DNA from: a virus
Taxonomy: Duplodnaviria; Caudoviricetes
Direction: 5' to 3' (one strand)
IMG/VR virus record: IMGVR_UViG_3300013426_000019
Location: 1-64,000 of that record
Length of the DNA: 64,000 nucleotides
The position numbers and the translations under genes were made by a program. The notes under the pieces are model-generated. The model was not told the DNA's origin and made no database searches. It was given only the letters and a program-made list of their open reading frames with translations. This document shows, in pieces, positions 19,862-30,137 of this stretch. Position 1 is the first letter of the stretch; each line of letters starts with the position of its first letter.

Positions 19862-20263
19862 TCAAGCTGTAGGATTCGTTTTTTTGATTTGTCTTACAGG
19901 TATTTTTTTAATTTGATCTTCTGATTTTTTCTCTGACTTTTTAGTTTCTTTCTTTACAGTTACTGTCCTAGATGTTTTGCATTTTTTCTTCTTACGTTTT
20001 TTAGTGCTTGTTTTTTTCTTAGTATTTTCAATTCTAGGAATTTGAGAACCATCAAATGCGATTTTACAGAAGAAGTAGCCCTCCACATATACTTTTGGAT
20101 AAGGCCATTGCTTAGGTGTTATGTTTTTTAAATCTTCCTCTGTTTCCTTTAAAGACATAATCTCTTCTGCTATACTTGCTGCAGCAGATTTAATCTCAGA
20201 ATAAGAGAAGACTTCTCTAATGAATATTCTATTGTGAAATTTACAACTTACTTTTGATTTCAT
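19862..20263 (-). CDS. Hypothetical protein with a very basic C-terminus (start reassigned to MKSKVS)
   Basis: TTATATTATATA motif at 20283-20295 lies just upstream of the ATG at 20263; Lys-rich tail. Confidence 0.55.
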   Translation of the reverse strand: MKSKVSCKFHNRIFIREVFSYSEIKSAAASIAEEIMSLKETEEDLKNITPKQWPYPKVYVEGYFFCKIAFDGSQIPRIENTKKKTSTKKRKKKKCKTSRTVTVKKETKKSEKKSEDQIKKIPVRQIKKTNPTA

Positions 20264-20435
20264 AGCTATGATACTTATCTTTATATATAATATAAACTTA
20301 TGAATAGAAAATTTCAGTGGCTGGTAGGAAGAACTTACAAAGGTATTTTTAAAGAAGGTAGGTAAAGAGAACAAAAAGAACAACCCAAAGCGTAGTCCAT
20401 ATCTTCTCTATCTAGAATGATCTCTATGATCTTAT

Positions 20436-20545
20436 AAACTACTTTTAATTTAAAGATTTAATTATTAATTTAACTACTTTTAATTACTAGTTTCTTTAAT
20501 TTAATCTTAATTACTATTAATTCATTTATTTAATTTACTCAACTT
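20436..20545. repeat. Extremely AT-rich tract with an AACTACTTTTAATT direct repeat (candidate origin/unwinding element)
   Basis: Two copies of AACTACTTTTAATT and many TTAAT units, in the intergenic gap between the divergent polA and primase modules. Confidence 0.35.
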
Positions 20546-20668
20546 AGATTCTTCTATTGGTTTGAAGCAATATCAGCCTATCTAAATATATAATTCATAT
20601 AAGATATAAGATAGATTATATCTTTAAGTTGACTGAAGTAATATATTTAATGATCTTAAATTAATCGA

Positions 20669-21122
20669 CAGTCGGTGCCTTGGTAAGGGTTCATAGTGTT
20701 CTAACTATGCTCTTACACTCGTACCTTCTTTACTTTTCAGCGTCTTTTTTAAGACTGTGCTTAGATTATGTAAAGGCCAGTAGCTGGCGAAGCTCACCCG
20801 CAAGGTAAATAAATACCTATTGCATTTGACGGATGGAGTTGTACGCGATTACAGGGTTTTTCATTTTAACAGAATAAAGCTGTTTTTCGACTTTGCCAAA
20901 GCCTCATCTTTATTCGCCCCCATTCCCTTGGCTGGATTGGTTAACCACGCACGGCCATTTTTGCGTTCAGCCTCTCAGATAAGTTCTCTCAACTTGAGTT
21001 CCCCGTTACAGCCTTCAGCAAGTACCTTTTGGCAGGTACAACCGCCTATTTAGCTATTTCTATTGTCCAGGCTTCAAACCCCTTCATCCTCAAATAGCAT
21101 CAACCCCTCTTTTCATCGACTG
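20669..21122 (-). ncRNA. Candidate large structured non-coding RNA (~455 nt), family unknown
   Basis: GC-richer non-coding island with many stems and terminal CAGTCG/CGACTG pairing; TTATATTATATA motif near 21196-21207 points into it. Confidence 0.55.
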
Positions 21123-21409
21123 GGATTTTTTTATAGTTTGTACTTAGTTTTAAGTCATTATTAAGTAAGGACCCTTTCTTATTACTCGAATCACATATAT
21201 AATATAACAACGACTTAAAAACTTTTCTCAAATTGTTTCCAATTTTTTTAACGTTTTAATTAGTGGGTAATTTTAAAAATCAAAATTAATATAATCTGAT
21301 ATTTTTAAAGGATTTGTGAAACTTTTTCAAATTTTTTTCACAAACCACTTAACCTTTATTACGTGGTTTTACTGAATTTTCAAAATTGAAGCTTCCCCCA
21401 CTAATTAAT

Positions 21410-21469
21410 CAAGATGGATGCCTATGCCATCATGTGCGTTAGAGATTGGCTCCCTCTAACGCTTTTTTT
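21410..21469 (+). ncRNA. Candidate small RNA: two hairpins plus a U-tract after a late-type promoter
   Basis: ACTAATTAA at 21400; GATGG..CCATC; GCGTTAGAG..CTCTAACGC followed by T7. Confidence 0.4.
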
Positions 21470-21486
21470 AATTAAGGGTTATTATA

Positions 21487-21861
21487 ATGCAAGAGACAAA
21501 TTCATCTATATTAGGGATGTACTTTATTATTTTTCAGACTCAATTCAATGGATTTGTTAAGGTCTATGTAGATGGTGATGATAATTGTGATTTCTATTTT
21601 AGAGAGGATTTCTTAAACTTAGCTCTTAAGATTAACAATTACAAATTATATAATGAGTTATCTGAAGCTTTGACAGAGAGTAGCTTTTATTTGTGGGATA
21701 TAGATAACAACGCCGTTAAGAGACTTCGAGCAACTCCTAATACTTTAGATTCAGCTGCAACACTTCTGACTCAGAAGGTTAATGAATTAAGGAGACCCAA
21801 TGTCTTCAGCAAGTCTAATCCTGTAAGTTTTGATGGTAATACAATTTTCCAGATGAAGTGA
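21487..21861 (+). CDS. Hypothetical protein
   Basis: 124-aa ORF with TATTATA directly before the ATG. Confidence 0.65.
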   Translation: MQETNSSILGMYFIIFQTQFNGFVKVYVDGDDNCDFYFREDFLNLALKINNYKLYNELSEALTESSFYLWDIDNNAVKRLRATPNTLDSAATLLTQKVNELRRPNVFSKSNPVSFDGNTIFQMK

Positions 21862-21906
21862 AGATTCTCAGGCATTTCACTTATACTATATGTAAGTGAG
21901 ATATAA

Positions 21907-22911
21907 ATGATGAGAAGTGATTTAAATAGGAGAGACCTAACAATACAAGCAATATCTCTCCTCAACCTCAAGACCAAGATACATATAGGGTCTAGTACAA
22001 GAGAGATTGCTGTGTGCTGCCCAATGCATGGGGTAGATAAGACCCCGAGCTTCTTCATAGACCTAGACAAGGGATTATGTCATTGCTTCAGCTGCAATTG
22101 GTCAGGTAATATAGAGAAGTTATATAGAACCTTAACAGGACAAAGCTTATATAGAGCACTAGGATATAATAATGATTCATTCTCCTCATTTGCCAGAGCA
22201 CCTCTTAAGTTCAACTTCTACACAAACTTAGAGAGGGTTGAGACGGCTCTTAAGAGTGTATATGTTAATTACGATTCTAAAGCCTTAGTAGATATAGAAG
22301 GTACACCTGCAGAAAGCTACATCCATAGTAGAGGCATATCTTTAGACAGGGCTCATTCTATGAAGATGAGGTATTGTGAGGAGACAAGGATTAATGGTAC
22401 CTTATTTAAGCGAAGATTAATAATCCCGGTCTATGAGGACAATAAGTTATTAAGCTTTGAAGGTCGTAGAGTATATCCTGAGGATCCGGACCCTAAAGTA
22501 TTATACCCAAAGAACTGCACAGTTAATACATTGTATGACATAGACAACTTAGACAAGGCTCAGCCTATATATGCCTGTGAAGGATTGATGGACTTGGCAG
22601 TATTAAGGGAATGTGAATACTTCAAGAACTCAACATCTATATTTGGTGCCAACCTAACCAAGAGACAGATAGAGCTGTTTAAGCAATTTCCGAAAGTTAT
22701 ATACATAAACGACTTAGACGAGGCAGGAGAGAGGACCTTAGAAGCTCTTAAAGCATCTGATATACCTAATGTATATAAGTTGGTATTGCCTAAAGAAGTT
22801 AATGGCATTAAGATCAAAGATATAGGGGACTTACCTAAAGCACATATATGTGTTGGCGACTTACTTAAACATAACTGGCTTAATTATGAGTTCCCTCTTC
22901 GAACTAATTAG
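21907..22911 (+). CDS. DNA primase (CHC2 Zn finger + TOPRIM)
   Basis: CPMH...TPSF...CHCFSC; EGR; CEGLMD; DLDEAG; KDIGD. Confidence 0.92.
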   Translation: MMRSDLNRRDLTIQAISLLNLKTKIHIGSSTREIAVCCPMHGVDKTPSFFIDLDKGLCHCFSCNWSGNIEKLYRTLTGQSLYRALGYNNDSFSSFARAPLKFNFYTNLERVETALKSVYVNYDSKALVDIEGTPAESYIHSRGISLDRAHSMKMRYCEETRINGTLFKRRLIIPVYEDNKLLSFEGRRVYPEDPDPKVLYPKNCTVNTLYDIDNLDKAQPIYACEGLMDLAVLRECEYFKNSTSIFGANLTKRQIELFKQFPKVIYINDLDEAGERTLEALKASDIPNVYKLVLPKEVNGIKIKDIGDLPKAHICVGDLLKHNWLNYEFPLRTN

Positions 22912-22958
22912 GTTAGAGTAAAATATACAAGTAAATGATAAAGGAGAAATGAATTAAA

Positions 22959-23225
22959 ATGTTCAATGAAAGTAAACTTATTGAGTTCTACTCAGCGCTG
23001 ACAGAACAAGAAGAACAAGCAAATGACATTAAAAAGGACATTCAGGAACAGCTTAAATCTGAAGCATCTGAATTAGAACTTAGTCCTAAAACAATCAAAG
23101 CAGGATATGCTTTATTTAAGAAGTACAAAGACGGCAAGAACACACAGGTAGAGTTAAACGATTACTCTATGATTGAAGGTATTATTATGTCCTACTTCTC
23201 AAACAATAGTAATCAAGTTGAGTGA
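22959..23225 (+). CDS. Small dsDNA-binding protein (T4 DsbA-like)
   Basis: 88-aa helical protein, IKKDI...ASELELSPK pattern, close to the RNase H gene as in T4. Confidence 0.4.
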   Translation: MFNESKLIEFYSALTEQEEQANDIKKDIQEQLKSEASELELSPKTIKAGYALFKKYKDGKNTQVELNDYSMIEGIIMSYFSNNSNQVE

Positions 23226-23228
23226 GCA

Positions 23229-23789
23229 ATGATATTAAGTAATGTAGATTCAAACAAATACAGAGAGGACTTCAAAGCCAAATTTACAAATTTTGGGGAC
23301 AAAGCTCCTATTATATTATCCTTCGCTACAGATGAGCTAGGAGTAACAATAGTACATGAGAATTCCGGTACTAAGTACTTCTACGACTGGGATTACTCTA
23401 TACCTCTTAAAGCGTTTATACACAATATAAAGCAAGATTTAAGCAGGCATCACTATCCTAGAATATCTAGAATGGAAGTTAAGGTTACACCTACAAGCCC
23501 TGAGAAGGCTGCGCAGATGATAGAAGAAGGTTGTGATGTAAATGCGGTACCTGCTGAAGAGAGGCACGAAGAAGAAGTAATATATGTCATAGATAAGATC
23601 TTGGCATTAAGAGACGAGTTCATAATTGTCAATGAGAAGACAGGCGAACAATATTGTTATAAGATGAGAGGATCAGGCATCTACTTCTTAAAGAATTACA
23701 GAGAAGGTGTATACAAGAGTTTATTAGAAGCAGGAGAGGCGTTCTTCAAGAAGAGTACGCTAATCTGTGCATTAGATAAGGAGAGCTGA
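23229..23789 (+). CDS. Hypothetical protein
   Basis: ORF within an operon. Confidence 0.65.
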   Translation: MILSNVDSNKYREDFKAKFTNFGDKAPIILSFATDELGVTIVHENSGTKYFYDWDYSIPLKAFIHNIKQDLSRHHYPRISRMEVKVTPTSPEKAAQMIEEGCDVNAVPAEERHEEEVIYVIDKILALRDEFIIVNEKTGEQYCYKMRGSGIYFLKNYREGVYKSLLEAGEAFFKKSTLICALDKES

Positions 23790-23813
23790 CTTTAGGTCAG
23801 CTTATATTATATA

Positions 23814-24197
23814 ATGAAGGTAATAAGAAGATCCTCACAGGACAAGCACTGGCAAGATATTAAGAAAGAGGTAGCTGCAAGAGATAGAGGGTGTAGATTG
23901 TGCAGGGTGTTAAGCACACAAGAGTTCCTACAACTCAGAAAGAATGCAGGAGTTCAGTTAGGAATATTAGATCCTGCGCATTACAAAGCGGTATCCCACA
24001 ATCCTGAATTGTGCTACGACCCTAATAATATATGCATGCTTAACCACTACAGCCATACGATGCTAGATGATTGTAGAAATCCAATAACTGGAAGTTATAT
24101 TAATATAGAAGAGGTAAACTCCTGGTGGATTAGAATCCTCAGGGGTAACAAGACTCAATATAACTACCTACTAGAGAGGCAAATAATAGATGAGTAA
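23814..24197 (+). CDS. HNH-like endonuclease
   Basis: RDRGCRLC...DPAHY...YDPNNICMLNHYSH. Confidence 0.7.
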   Translation: MKVIRRSSQDKHWQDIKKEVAARDRGCRLCRVLSTQEFLQLRKNAGVQLGILDPAHYKAVSHNPELCYDPNNICMLNHYSHTMLDDCRNPITGSYINIEEVNSWWIRILRGNKTQYNYLLERQIIDE

Positions 24198-24372
24198 TTA
24201 CAGTGAGACTAAGTGCAATATGAATGAAGAGACAAAGAGAACAGTAACTCTAAACAATAAGGAAATCACCTTAGATGCGTTCAGAGAAGCAACATCTAAT
24301 CTTAGACCTAATCAGAAGTTAGTAGAGACCCAAGAAGGTTGCTATTACATTGTAGAGAGAATGTGGGGTTAA
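24190..24372 (+). CDS. Small hypothetical protein
   Basis: Translationally coupled ORF. Confidence 0.55.
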   Translation: MSNYSETKCNMNEETKRTVTLNNKEITLDAFREATSNLRPNQKLVETQEGCYYIVERMWG

Positions 24373-24403
24373 GTTAAATCCCGCAATAATTAGGAGCCAG
24401 CCA

Positions 24404-25357
24404 ATGCCAAGTAAGTATGATTGTCTAATAATCGATGTTGTAAATCTATGCTATAAACTCTTCAAGAAGAGGGAAGATACTGTTATACAGGCAGGATCCA
24501 AACTAATCTTCAAGAAGTCTATCTGCGCGTTCATTAGGACACTAGAGGAGTTAGTAGATAAGTATCTCCATTCAGATGGCAAGGTATACTTATTGTTTGA
24601 TAACTACTTCTCCCGAGCCGATCTCAAGACCTCCTTCATGTTTGCAGATAGGAGAGAGTTAAGCAAGGCCTATAAGGAGACACGCAAGAAGGAGAATAAG
24701 GAGTTCTATAATAGTATTAACTTCTTGAAATACTTCTACTTAACAGGCCCCTCAAAGTACAGCACATTACAGATTACAGGCTTAGAGGCTGATGACCTAG
24801 TCAAACCCCTTCTAGCAACCAATCTGTGCAAAGGTAAGAGCTGCTTATTAGTTACATCAGACCTAGATTGGTGCAGATACTTAAGTAACAATCCTCAAAT
24901 TGACTGGCTACCCAAATTAGGCGAGCAGCCTGAAACTTATGAAGATATATCCCATCAACTAGGATTCCCAGCTACGGAGTCTAATATTATTATATACAAG
25001 GCAGTATTAGGAGATAAGAGTGACAACATAGAGGGGCTGGTAACAAACAACGACAAGCACAAGCAAGATCTAATATCTCTACTGCCTCAAGTTAAGAGCC
25101 CTGAAGATCTTATATACCTAAGTAGACAATTAGGATCAGATTCCCCTATACTTAAGGCAATAGCCAATAATGAGAAGCAGTACAGTGTTAACATTCAGTT
25201 AGTGTCATCAATACCTTGCAAGAGTGAATACATTGAATCTAACCTAGTAGTAGGAGAGGACGCGAAGACACTTCACAAGACAGTACTGGAGGCATTAGGA
25301 TTAGAAGGAGAGACTCCCAAGTTTGTATTTGGCAACGTTAAGAGGCCCCGCATATGA
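24404..25357 (+). CDS. 5'-3' exonuclease / T4 RNase H-like
   Basis: IIDVVN, YKETR, LEADD, TSDLD, LGDKSDNIEG. Confidence 0.92.
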   Translation: MPSKYDCLIIDVVNLCYKLFKKREDTVIQAGSKLIFKKSICAFIRTLEELVDKYLHSDGKVYLLFDNYFSRADLKTSFMFADRRELSKAYKETRKKENKEFYNSINFLKYFYLTGPSKYSTLQITGLEADDLVKPLLATNLCKGKSCLLVTSDLDWCRYLSNNPQIDWLPKLGEQPETYEDISHQLGFPATESNIIIYKAVLGDKSDNIEGLVTNNDKHKQDLISLLPQVKSPEDLIYLSRQLGSDSPILKAIANNEKQYSVNIQLVSSIPCKSEYIESNLVVGEDAKTLHKTVLEALGLEGETPKFVFGNVKRPRI

Positions 25358-26346
25358 TCTGTATCTTAGGAGACTTACATTTACGTAGTGACAAGAAGTA
25401 CTTCATAGACACCTGCAATAAGTTCTTAGATTGGTTTAGAGACTGGGATTGGAATAAGGATAGCAATGAATTAATCTTAGCGGGGGACTTAGTAGAACAA
25501 GCAACGCCTGGAGGTATTACAATATCCTTCTTGGAGAGGTTAGTTAGTGAGTCTAAGTTTAAGAAGATACATATATGTGTTGGCAATCATGATGACAAGA
25601 AGATTAATGGTATACAACAGCTTGCTTACGAGTTCTTAAACTATAAGGATAATGTTATTATATACCGCACCCCTCGAGAAGTTACAATTGATGGTCATAG
25701 CACTCTAATATTACCTTATTATGTAGGAGTTAACGACTTAGGCCTAACAATGAAGGAGTACTACTCTAACATCCCTAATAACAAGAAGTTCAAGAACGAT
25801 TACGACTTAGTGGTTGGACACTTCTCTGGATCAGATGCGTTGTTCTCCGAATTACCTGATTGTATAGCCAACTTAGATAGATTCAGCGGCAGGGTATGCT
25901 TAGGACATATACATACAAGGACAGCTAATCCTCAGAGATACTTAGGTTCAGTGTTTGCAGGCAGGAAGAGCGAGAATGATTATACTAGAGCTGCATGGGG
26001 TTTAGATGATAATGGTTGGCAAGAGTATCCTCTACCTCTGTTCAATGAGTTCTTAACAGTAACCTATCCTCAGGATCTACCTAAGTCGAAAGCGTTGGTA
26101 CCTATATATACAATCTTAAATTGTGGTTCAGAAGATATAGCAAGGCAGAGGTATGGTAATATCTACATCAGGAGGTTAACCCTGGACTTAGTAGATAGCA
26201 GTGTTCAGAAGAACTCAGATCTAGACAGACAACTAGGCTCTATAAAGGAGTTCAATATACGGGAGCTGTTTGAAGAGTTCTTGAAGAGTAGAAGCGACAT
26301 AAGCCCTGACTTAGCTAGCAAGTGTAGAGGCCTATTAAATACTTAA
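25354..26346 (+). CDS. Mre11/SbcD-like nuclease (T4 gp47-like)
   Basis: GDLH, AGDL, GNHD, VGH and LGHIH metallophosphoesterase motifs. Confidence 0.9.
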   Translation: MICILGDLHLRSDKKYFIDTCNKFLDWFRDWDWNKDSNELILAGDLVEQATPGGITISFLERLVSESKFKKIHICVGNHDDKKINGIQQLAYEFLNYKDNVIIYRTPREVTIDGHSTLILPYYVGVNDLGLTMKEYYSNIPNNKKFKNDYDLVVGHFSGSDALFSELPDCIANLDRFSGRVCLGHIHTRTANPQRYLGSVFAGRKSENDYTRAAWGLDDNGWQEYPLPLFNEFLTVTYPQDLPKSKALVPIYTILNCGSEDIARQRYGNIYIRRLTLDLVDSSVQKNSDLDRQLGSIKEFNIRELFEEFLKSRSDISPDLASKCRGLLNT

Positions 26347-26453
26347 ATAGTAGAAGCCTGGGGAGTAATCTTCAGGCCAAATTAGTCTAACCCCTCCCAG
26401 CCAAACCTAAAGGCCTTCACAGATTCAGAGTTTACAATCCAACTAATAATATT

Positions 26454-27785
26454 ATGATAGAAACTACACCAGCCAGATTCAAGGCTTCGCAATATTATTG
26501 TCACAGGTCTTATGTACCGACATATTACTGGATCTATTTATTCCTGGAGCAGTGGCTAGCATCAGTAGTGTTCAGGAATGATACAAGTCGAGTGTTTATG
26601 GCCTCAGACAACTATGCATTCAGGAGAAGATTTGAGCTCACAGACATGAGCAAGAGTTATGATGATATAGGAGCCTCCTCATTGCAATTCCCCTTTGCCA
26701 ACTATGCCCCTCAAAACTCAGGTTGGGAAGCAGATGATAGAATAGCAGCTAATACTGCTAAACAAGTATATCTAGGATTATATGTAGGTTCTACGAAGTT
26801 AAGAGCAGCTGCAGTCAAGCACACAATACCTGTACAATTCTACTTTGATAGAGAGGATGACGCGAGATTAGCCTATGATAGGTTGTTCTTCTACTCTTAC
26901 AATGAACATTATTACTCAACAGATGTACCTTATGGCAATAATAGCTTATATGTAGATGGTAAGAGAGCACCGGGAAGCACCTTAGATCTCCCAATTACAA
27001 TTACACTCAAGAATCTAGCCTTCAACCCAACGTTTCAGGAAGAGGACTGGCTACAGAAGAACAGAATCTTCATTATAAGAGTTAACTTTGAGTGCAGATC
27101 TTATATAATAGCGCCACCAGCACAGCCTGACTATACAGTTAACTTAGATTCAAGAGAGGCTGACAATTATGATGATGGTGAAGCTAGCTATTATCCTGTA
27201 GAAGATGTAATCTTCAACTTAGCTAACAAGGCCTGGGATATAGAGACCTATGATGGCGGAGTAGATAACTTTCCTGATAAGGGTAACAGCTCAACCTTAT
27301 ATGTAGACAGCACTATAGAGGATAAGGACTATTCTGGAGGAGGGTTAGAAGCCAAGGAGTTGTCAGCCTCTAGAAGGTATTACAGGTGGAACAGGTTCTC
27401 CAACAACTATGAGTTATATGATCCTTATAAGTGTGATGCAGATACAATAAGAGTTGCATCTAAGATCACACAGGATGTAATAGAGGTTGACAGACTATAC
27501 TTCAAAGGCTTAGACTCAACTACAGGGGCTATTAAGTGGGAAGTTAACAATATTGACAAACTTAAGGAGATACAGATACATGTCGATAACCTTAAAGACA
27601 CTATAATCTTAACGCCAGACAAGGATCAATATATACTGAAGGATCTTATACCTAATAGTAGTTACTATGCCTATGTAGACTTCATTGGGCTAGATGGTAC
27701 AGTAACAAAGCTTAGAATAATATGTACGACTAAGGCAACTCATCAGGATACTAATACTAGTGCATTAGTAGGTATGACTTGGTGA
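26454..27785 (+). CDS. Putative tail completion/structural protein with a C-terminal FN3-like domain
   Basis: Late-type motif upstream; adjacent to the sheath gene; YILKDLIPNSSY FN3-like signature. Confidence 0.45.
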   Translation: MIETTPARFKASQYYCHRSYVPTYYWIYLFLEQWLASVVFRNDTSRVFMASDNYAFRRRFELTDMSKSYDDIGASSLQFPFANYAPQNSGWEADDRIAANTAKQVYLGLYVGSTKLRAAAVKHTIPVQFYFDREDDARLAYDRLFFYSYNEHYYSTDVPYGNNSLYVDGKRAPGSTLDLPITITLKNLAFNPTFQEEDWLQKNRIFIIRVNFECRSYIIAPPAQPDYTVNLDSREADNYDDGEASYYPVEDVIFNLANKAWDIETYDGGVDNFPDKGNSSTLYVDSTIEDKDYSGGGLEAKELSASRRYYRWNRFSNNYELYDPYKCDADTIRVASKITQDVIEVDRLYFKGLDSTTGAIKWEVNNIDKLKEIQIHVDNLKDTIILTPDKDQYILKDLIPNSSYYAYVDFIGLDGTVTKLRIICTTKATHQDTNTSALVGMTW

Positions 27786-27873
27786 TAGCCCTCGAATTAA
27801 GGGAAACAGCGCGCACTAATTAAAACGTAAAATAATCTTAGATTAAAAAGACATTAGAGGAGAAGTTAAATAA

Positions 27874-30075
27874 ATGGACTCATATCGTCTAATTATAAAT
27901 AACAATGACTTAAGTACAAGTAGCATAGAGCAAACAACATCTGTATGTGGCTATACTGTTATTAAGGCTCCTAAAGGACCTAAAACACCTATTAGAATCC
28001 CAGCCAACAGCGCAGCTAAAATCAAAGATATCTTTGGAGAGGCTTCAACAGAATACCCAGAAATCTATGAAGCTACTACATTCAATACAAACTATGACCT
28101 ATATATTTCTGCCCCCTATACATCCTGCAGTATGCCTTATGGTGTTATTACAAAAGATGGCGTGTTCTTAGCTCAGGGTAAGTTAGAATATAGTGATCTA
28201 TTAGAGAAGGCTGTCAATGAGGATGATGTTGGGGGATTGACACTAACAAATCTTGGCGTTAAGGGTAATATCTCAATCCTTAAAGATCTGAGATATCCTA
28301 AAACAACATTAGGCCAGAAGCCTAATATCTCTACTCAGATCGGGTTTGACACTACATCTGAAGCTAAGGGAGGGGCCCAAGGTATCACTTATAATCTAGG
28401 CCTAACCTTGAAGCAGCTTATAGGGACAGATGATTCCAAAAGCTTCGGAAGCTCTGACAGCCTTCCAATTGTTATTAAGGGTATTGGAACGGAGGATGTT
28501 GAACTTCAGATTGTAAATGAAACGGTAGGAACAGGGGGTAACTCTGCAGTTTGGTCTATCAAAGACACCTCAAAGGACAAGTACCAAGTGGGGTATCTTG
28601 CTAAAGCCGGTGTTTTAGGGTCAGAGTTAAGTGCAGATGCATCTGATTCTAAGTTCAAAGAAGCTGAAACTGAAGTAGTAATTGTACTAACAGGCTCGAG
28701 CACAGCAGGAAGTGCTCTTGAAGAGAGCACAATTATAACATATGCTCAACCTGACAATCTTAAGAAGCTTAGTGCTTATATAAAGAGTGAAGTTGAGCAG
28801 AATGAAGTGTATGGCATCATTACATCTAAATATCCAACAAACTCTGCCCTACATATAACATTTGGAGCATTTGATGAGAACAGAGGCTTCAGCTCTAAAA
28901 CACCTGCAGCTAGAAACACTTTAAAGATCACAGCTTATGAAGATGGAGCGTTCCACAATGTAAGTCACCCTGTAACGTTTACGGGATCATTAGATAGACA
29001 AGCTACAGATGCAAATGGCTCATATATTGGGTTCACATCAGCTAACTCATCTTATGCGGCTCAGGACTTAGTGTTTGTCTGCCCAATCAAAGCCTTTAAA
29101 GAGCCATCTGAATTAGGTAATGTAGACCTTACTCAGTATGCACCACTCACGCTTGAAGGTGGTGTTAAGAGTGTTAAAGATGGTACGGATAAGGACATAT
29201 ATACCAGCGGTTGGGAAGAAGCAAAGAACGAAGACTACTCAGTAGTTGATGTGTTCTTCGACGCACAGAGACACAATAATACAGATCCTTGCGAGACCTT
29301 CAGAGGCTTAGCAAAGTATCATCCACTCAGTGGCTTCATCTTCAATAAAACAATTGAACCTAATGATAACATAACAACTACGCTATCAAATGCAACACCA
29401 CTAGATTATGGTGAGAACTATTGGAACATTTGTAATGAAGCTATTGTAGATTTAGGATCTTACGGTGGCAGAATTATAAGCCCTATTACAGGCGCGAGAG
29501 CAGCTATGCAGTGCAGAATCATAGAGAATAGATATGGTGGAGTTGCACCTATGTATCTTAACAGTGGTACTCCTTCAATGGGAGGTCAGTTAACAGTACC
29601 TGGTATTTGTAAGATGAGATTTAAGTATCCTAAAGATATTCAGAGAAGTATAGATGAACTCAATTACAATACAGCAGTTATGGATCACACATATGGTGTA
29701 ATGGTAGTTAACCAGAGAACTTGCAAATCAGGTGCCACAACAGACTGGTCATATATTGGTCATGTATGTTCGTTCATTAACTTCCAGAGAGAGGTAAGAA
29801 CTCAAGTTATGATCCCACAGCTTGGTAAGCCTAACAATCCTTACTATAGAGAGCTTAGAAGAGAACAGGTTCTTAAACTTCTTGAGAAGAGACTTGAGGG
29901 CAATAACAGAATTTGGGCTGAGGCAAGCGTAGATACGTCAACAGCAGCAGGCTGCAATGATGTACAGGCTCAGAAGGCTAAGAAGTTCATTATTAACGTA
30001 AAGGTCAAGCCAGATATCTATTCGGAGTTTGTAGAACTCAACTTCACAAACGTAGACCCTGACATGGCAGTCTAA
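27874..30075 (+). CDS. Tail sheath protein
   Basis: KAPKGP...IFG N-terminus; C-terminal NQRT...PNNP...INVKVKP..EFVELNF. Confidence 0.85.
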   Translation: MDSYRLIINNNDLSTSSIEQTTSVCGYTVIKAPKGPKTPIRIPANSAAKIKDIFGEASTEYPEIYEATTFNTNYDLYISAPYTSCSMPYGVITKDGVFLAQGKLEYSDLLEKAVNEDDVGGLTLTNLGVKGNISILKDLRYPKTTLGQKPNISTQIGFDTTSEAKGGAQGITYNLGLTLKQLIGTDDSKSFGSSDSLPIVIKGIGTEDVELQIVNETVGTGGNSAVWSIKDTSKDKYQVGYLAKAGVLGSELSADASDSKFKEAETEVVIVLTGSSTAGSALEESTIITYAQPDNLKKLSAYIKSEVEQNEVYGIITSKYPTNSALHITFGAFDENRGFSSKTPAARNTLKITAYEDGAFHNVSHPVTFTGSLDRQATDANGSYIGFTSANSSYAAQDLVFVCPIKAFKEPSELGNVDLTQYAPLTLEGGVKSVKDGTDKDIYTSGWEEAKNEDYSVVDVFFDAQRHNNTDPCETFRGLAKYHPLSGFIFNKTIEPNDNITTTLSNATPLDYGENYWNICNEAIVDLGSYGGRIISPITGARAAMQCRIIENRYGGVAPMYLNSGTPSMGGQLTVPGICKMRFKYPKDIQRSIDELNYNTAVMDHTYGVMVVNQRTCKSGATTDWSYIGHVCSFINFQREVRTQVMIPQLGKPNNPYYRELRREQVLKLLEKRLEGNNRIWAEASVDTSTAAGCNDVQAQKAKKFIINVKVKPDIYSEFVELNFTNVDPDMAV

Positions 30076-30098
30076 CGTTAAGATTAGAGTTAACTAAG

Positions 30099-30122
30099 AG
30101 GGACAATCGCAAGATTGTCCCT
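30099..30122 (+). terminator. Terminator after the tail sheath gene
   Basis: AGGGACAATC-GCAA-GATTGTCCCT. Confidence 0.75.
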
Positions 30123-30137
30123 TATATTATATATAAT

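Noticed and set aside
20820-21053. 77-aa plus-strand ORF
   Set aside because: TTG start with no RBS, atypical composition, and it lies within the structured RNA candidate.
20669-21122. tRNA, tmRNA or RNase P assignment
   Set aside because: No cloverleaf/T-loop, GGGG...CCA ends or GAGGAAAGUCC motif was seen.
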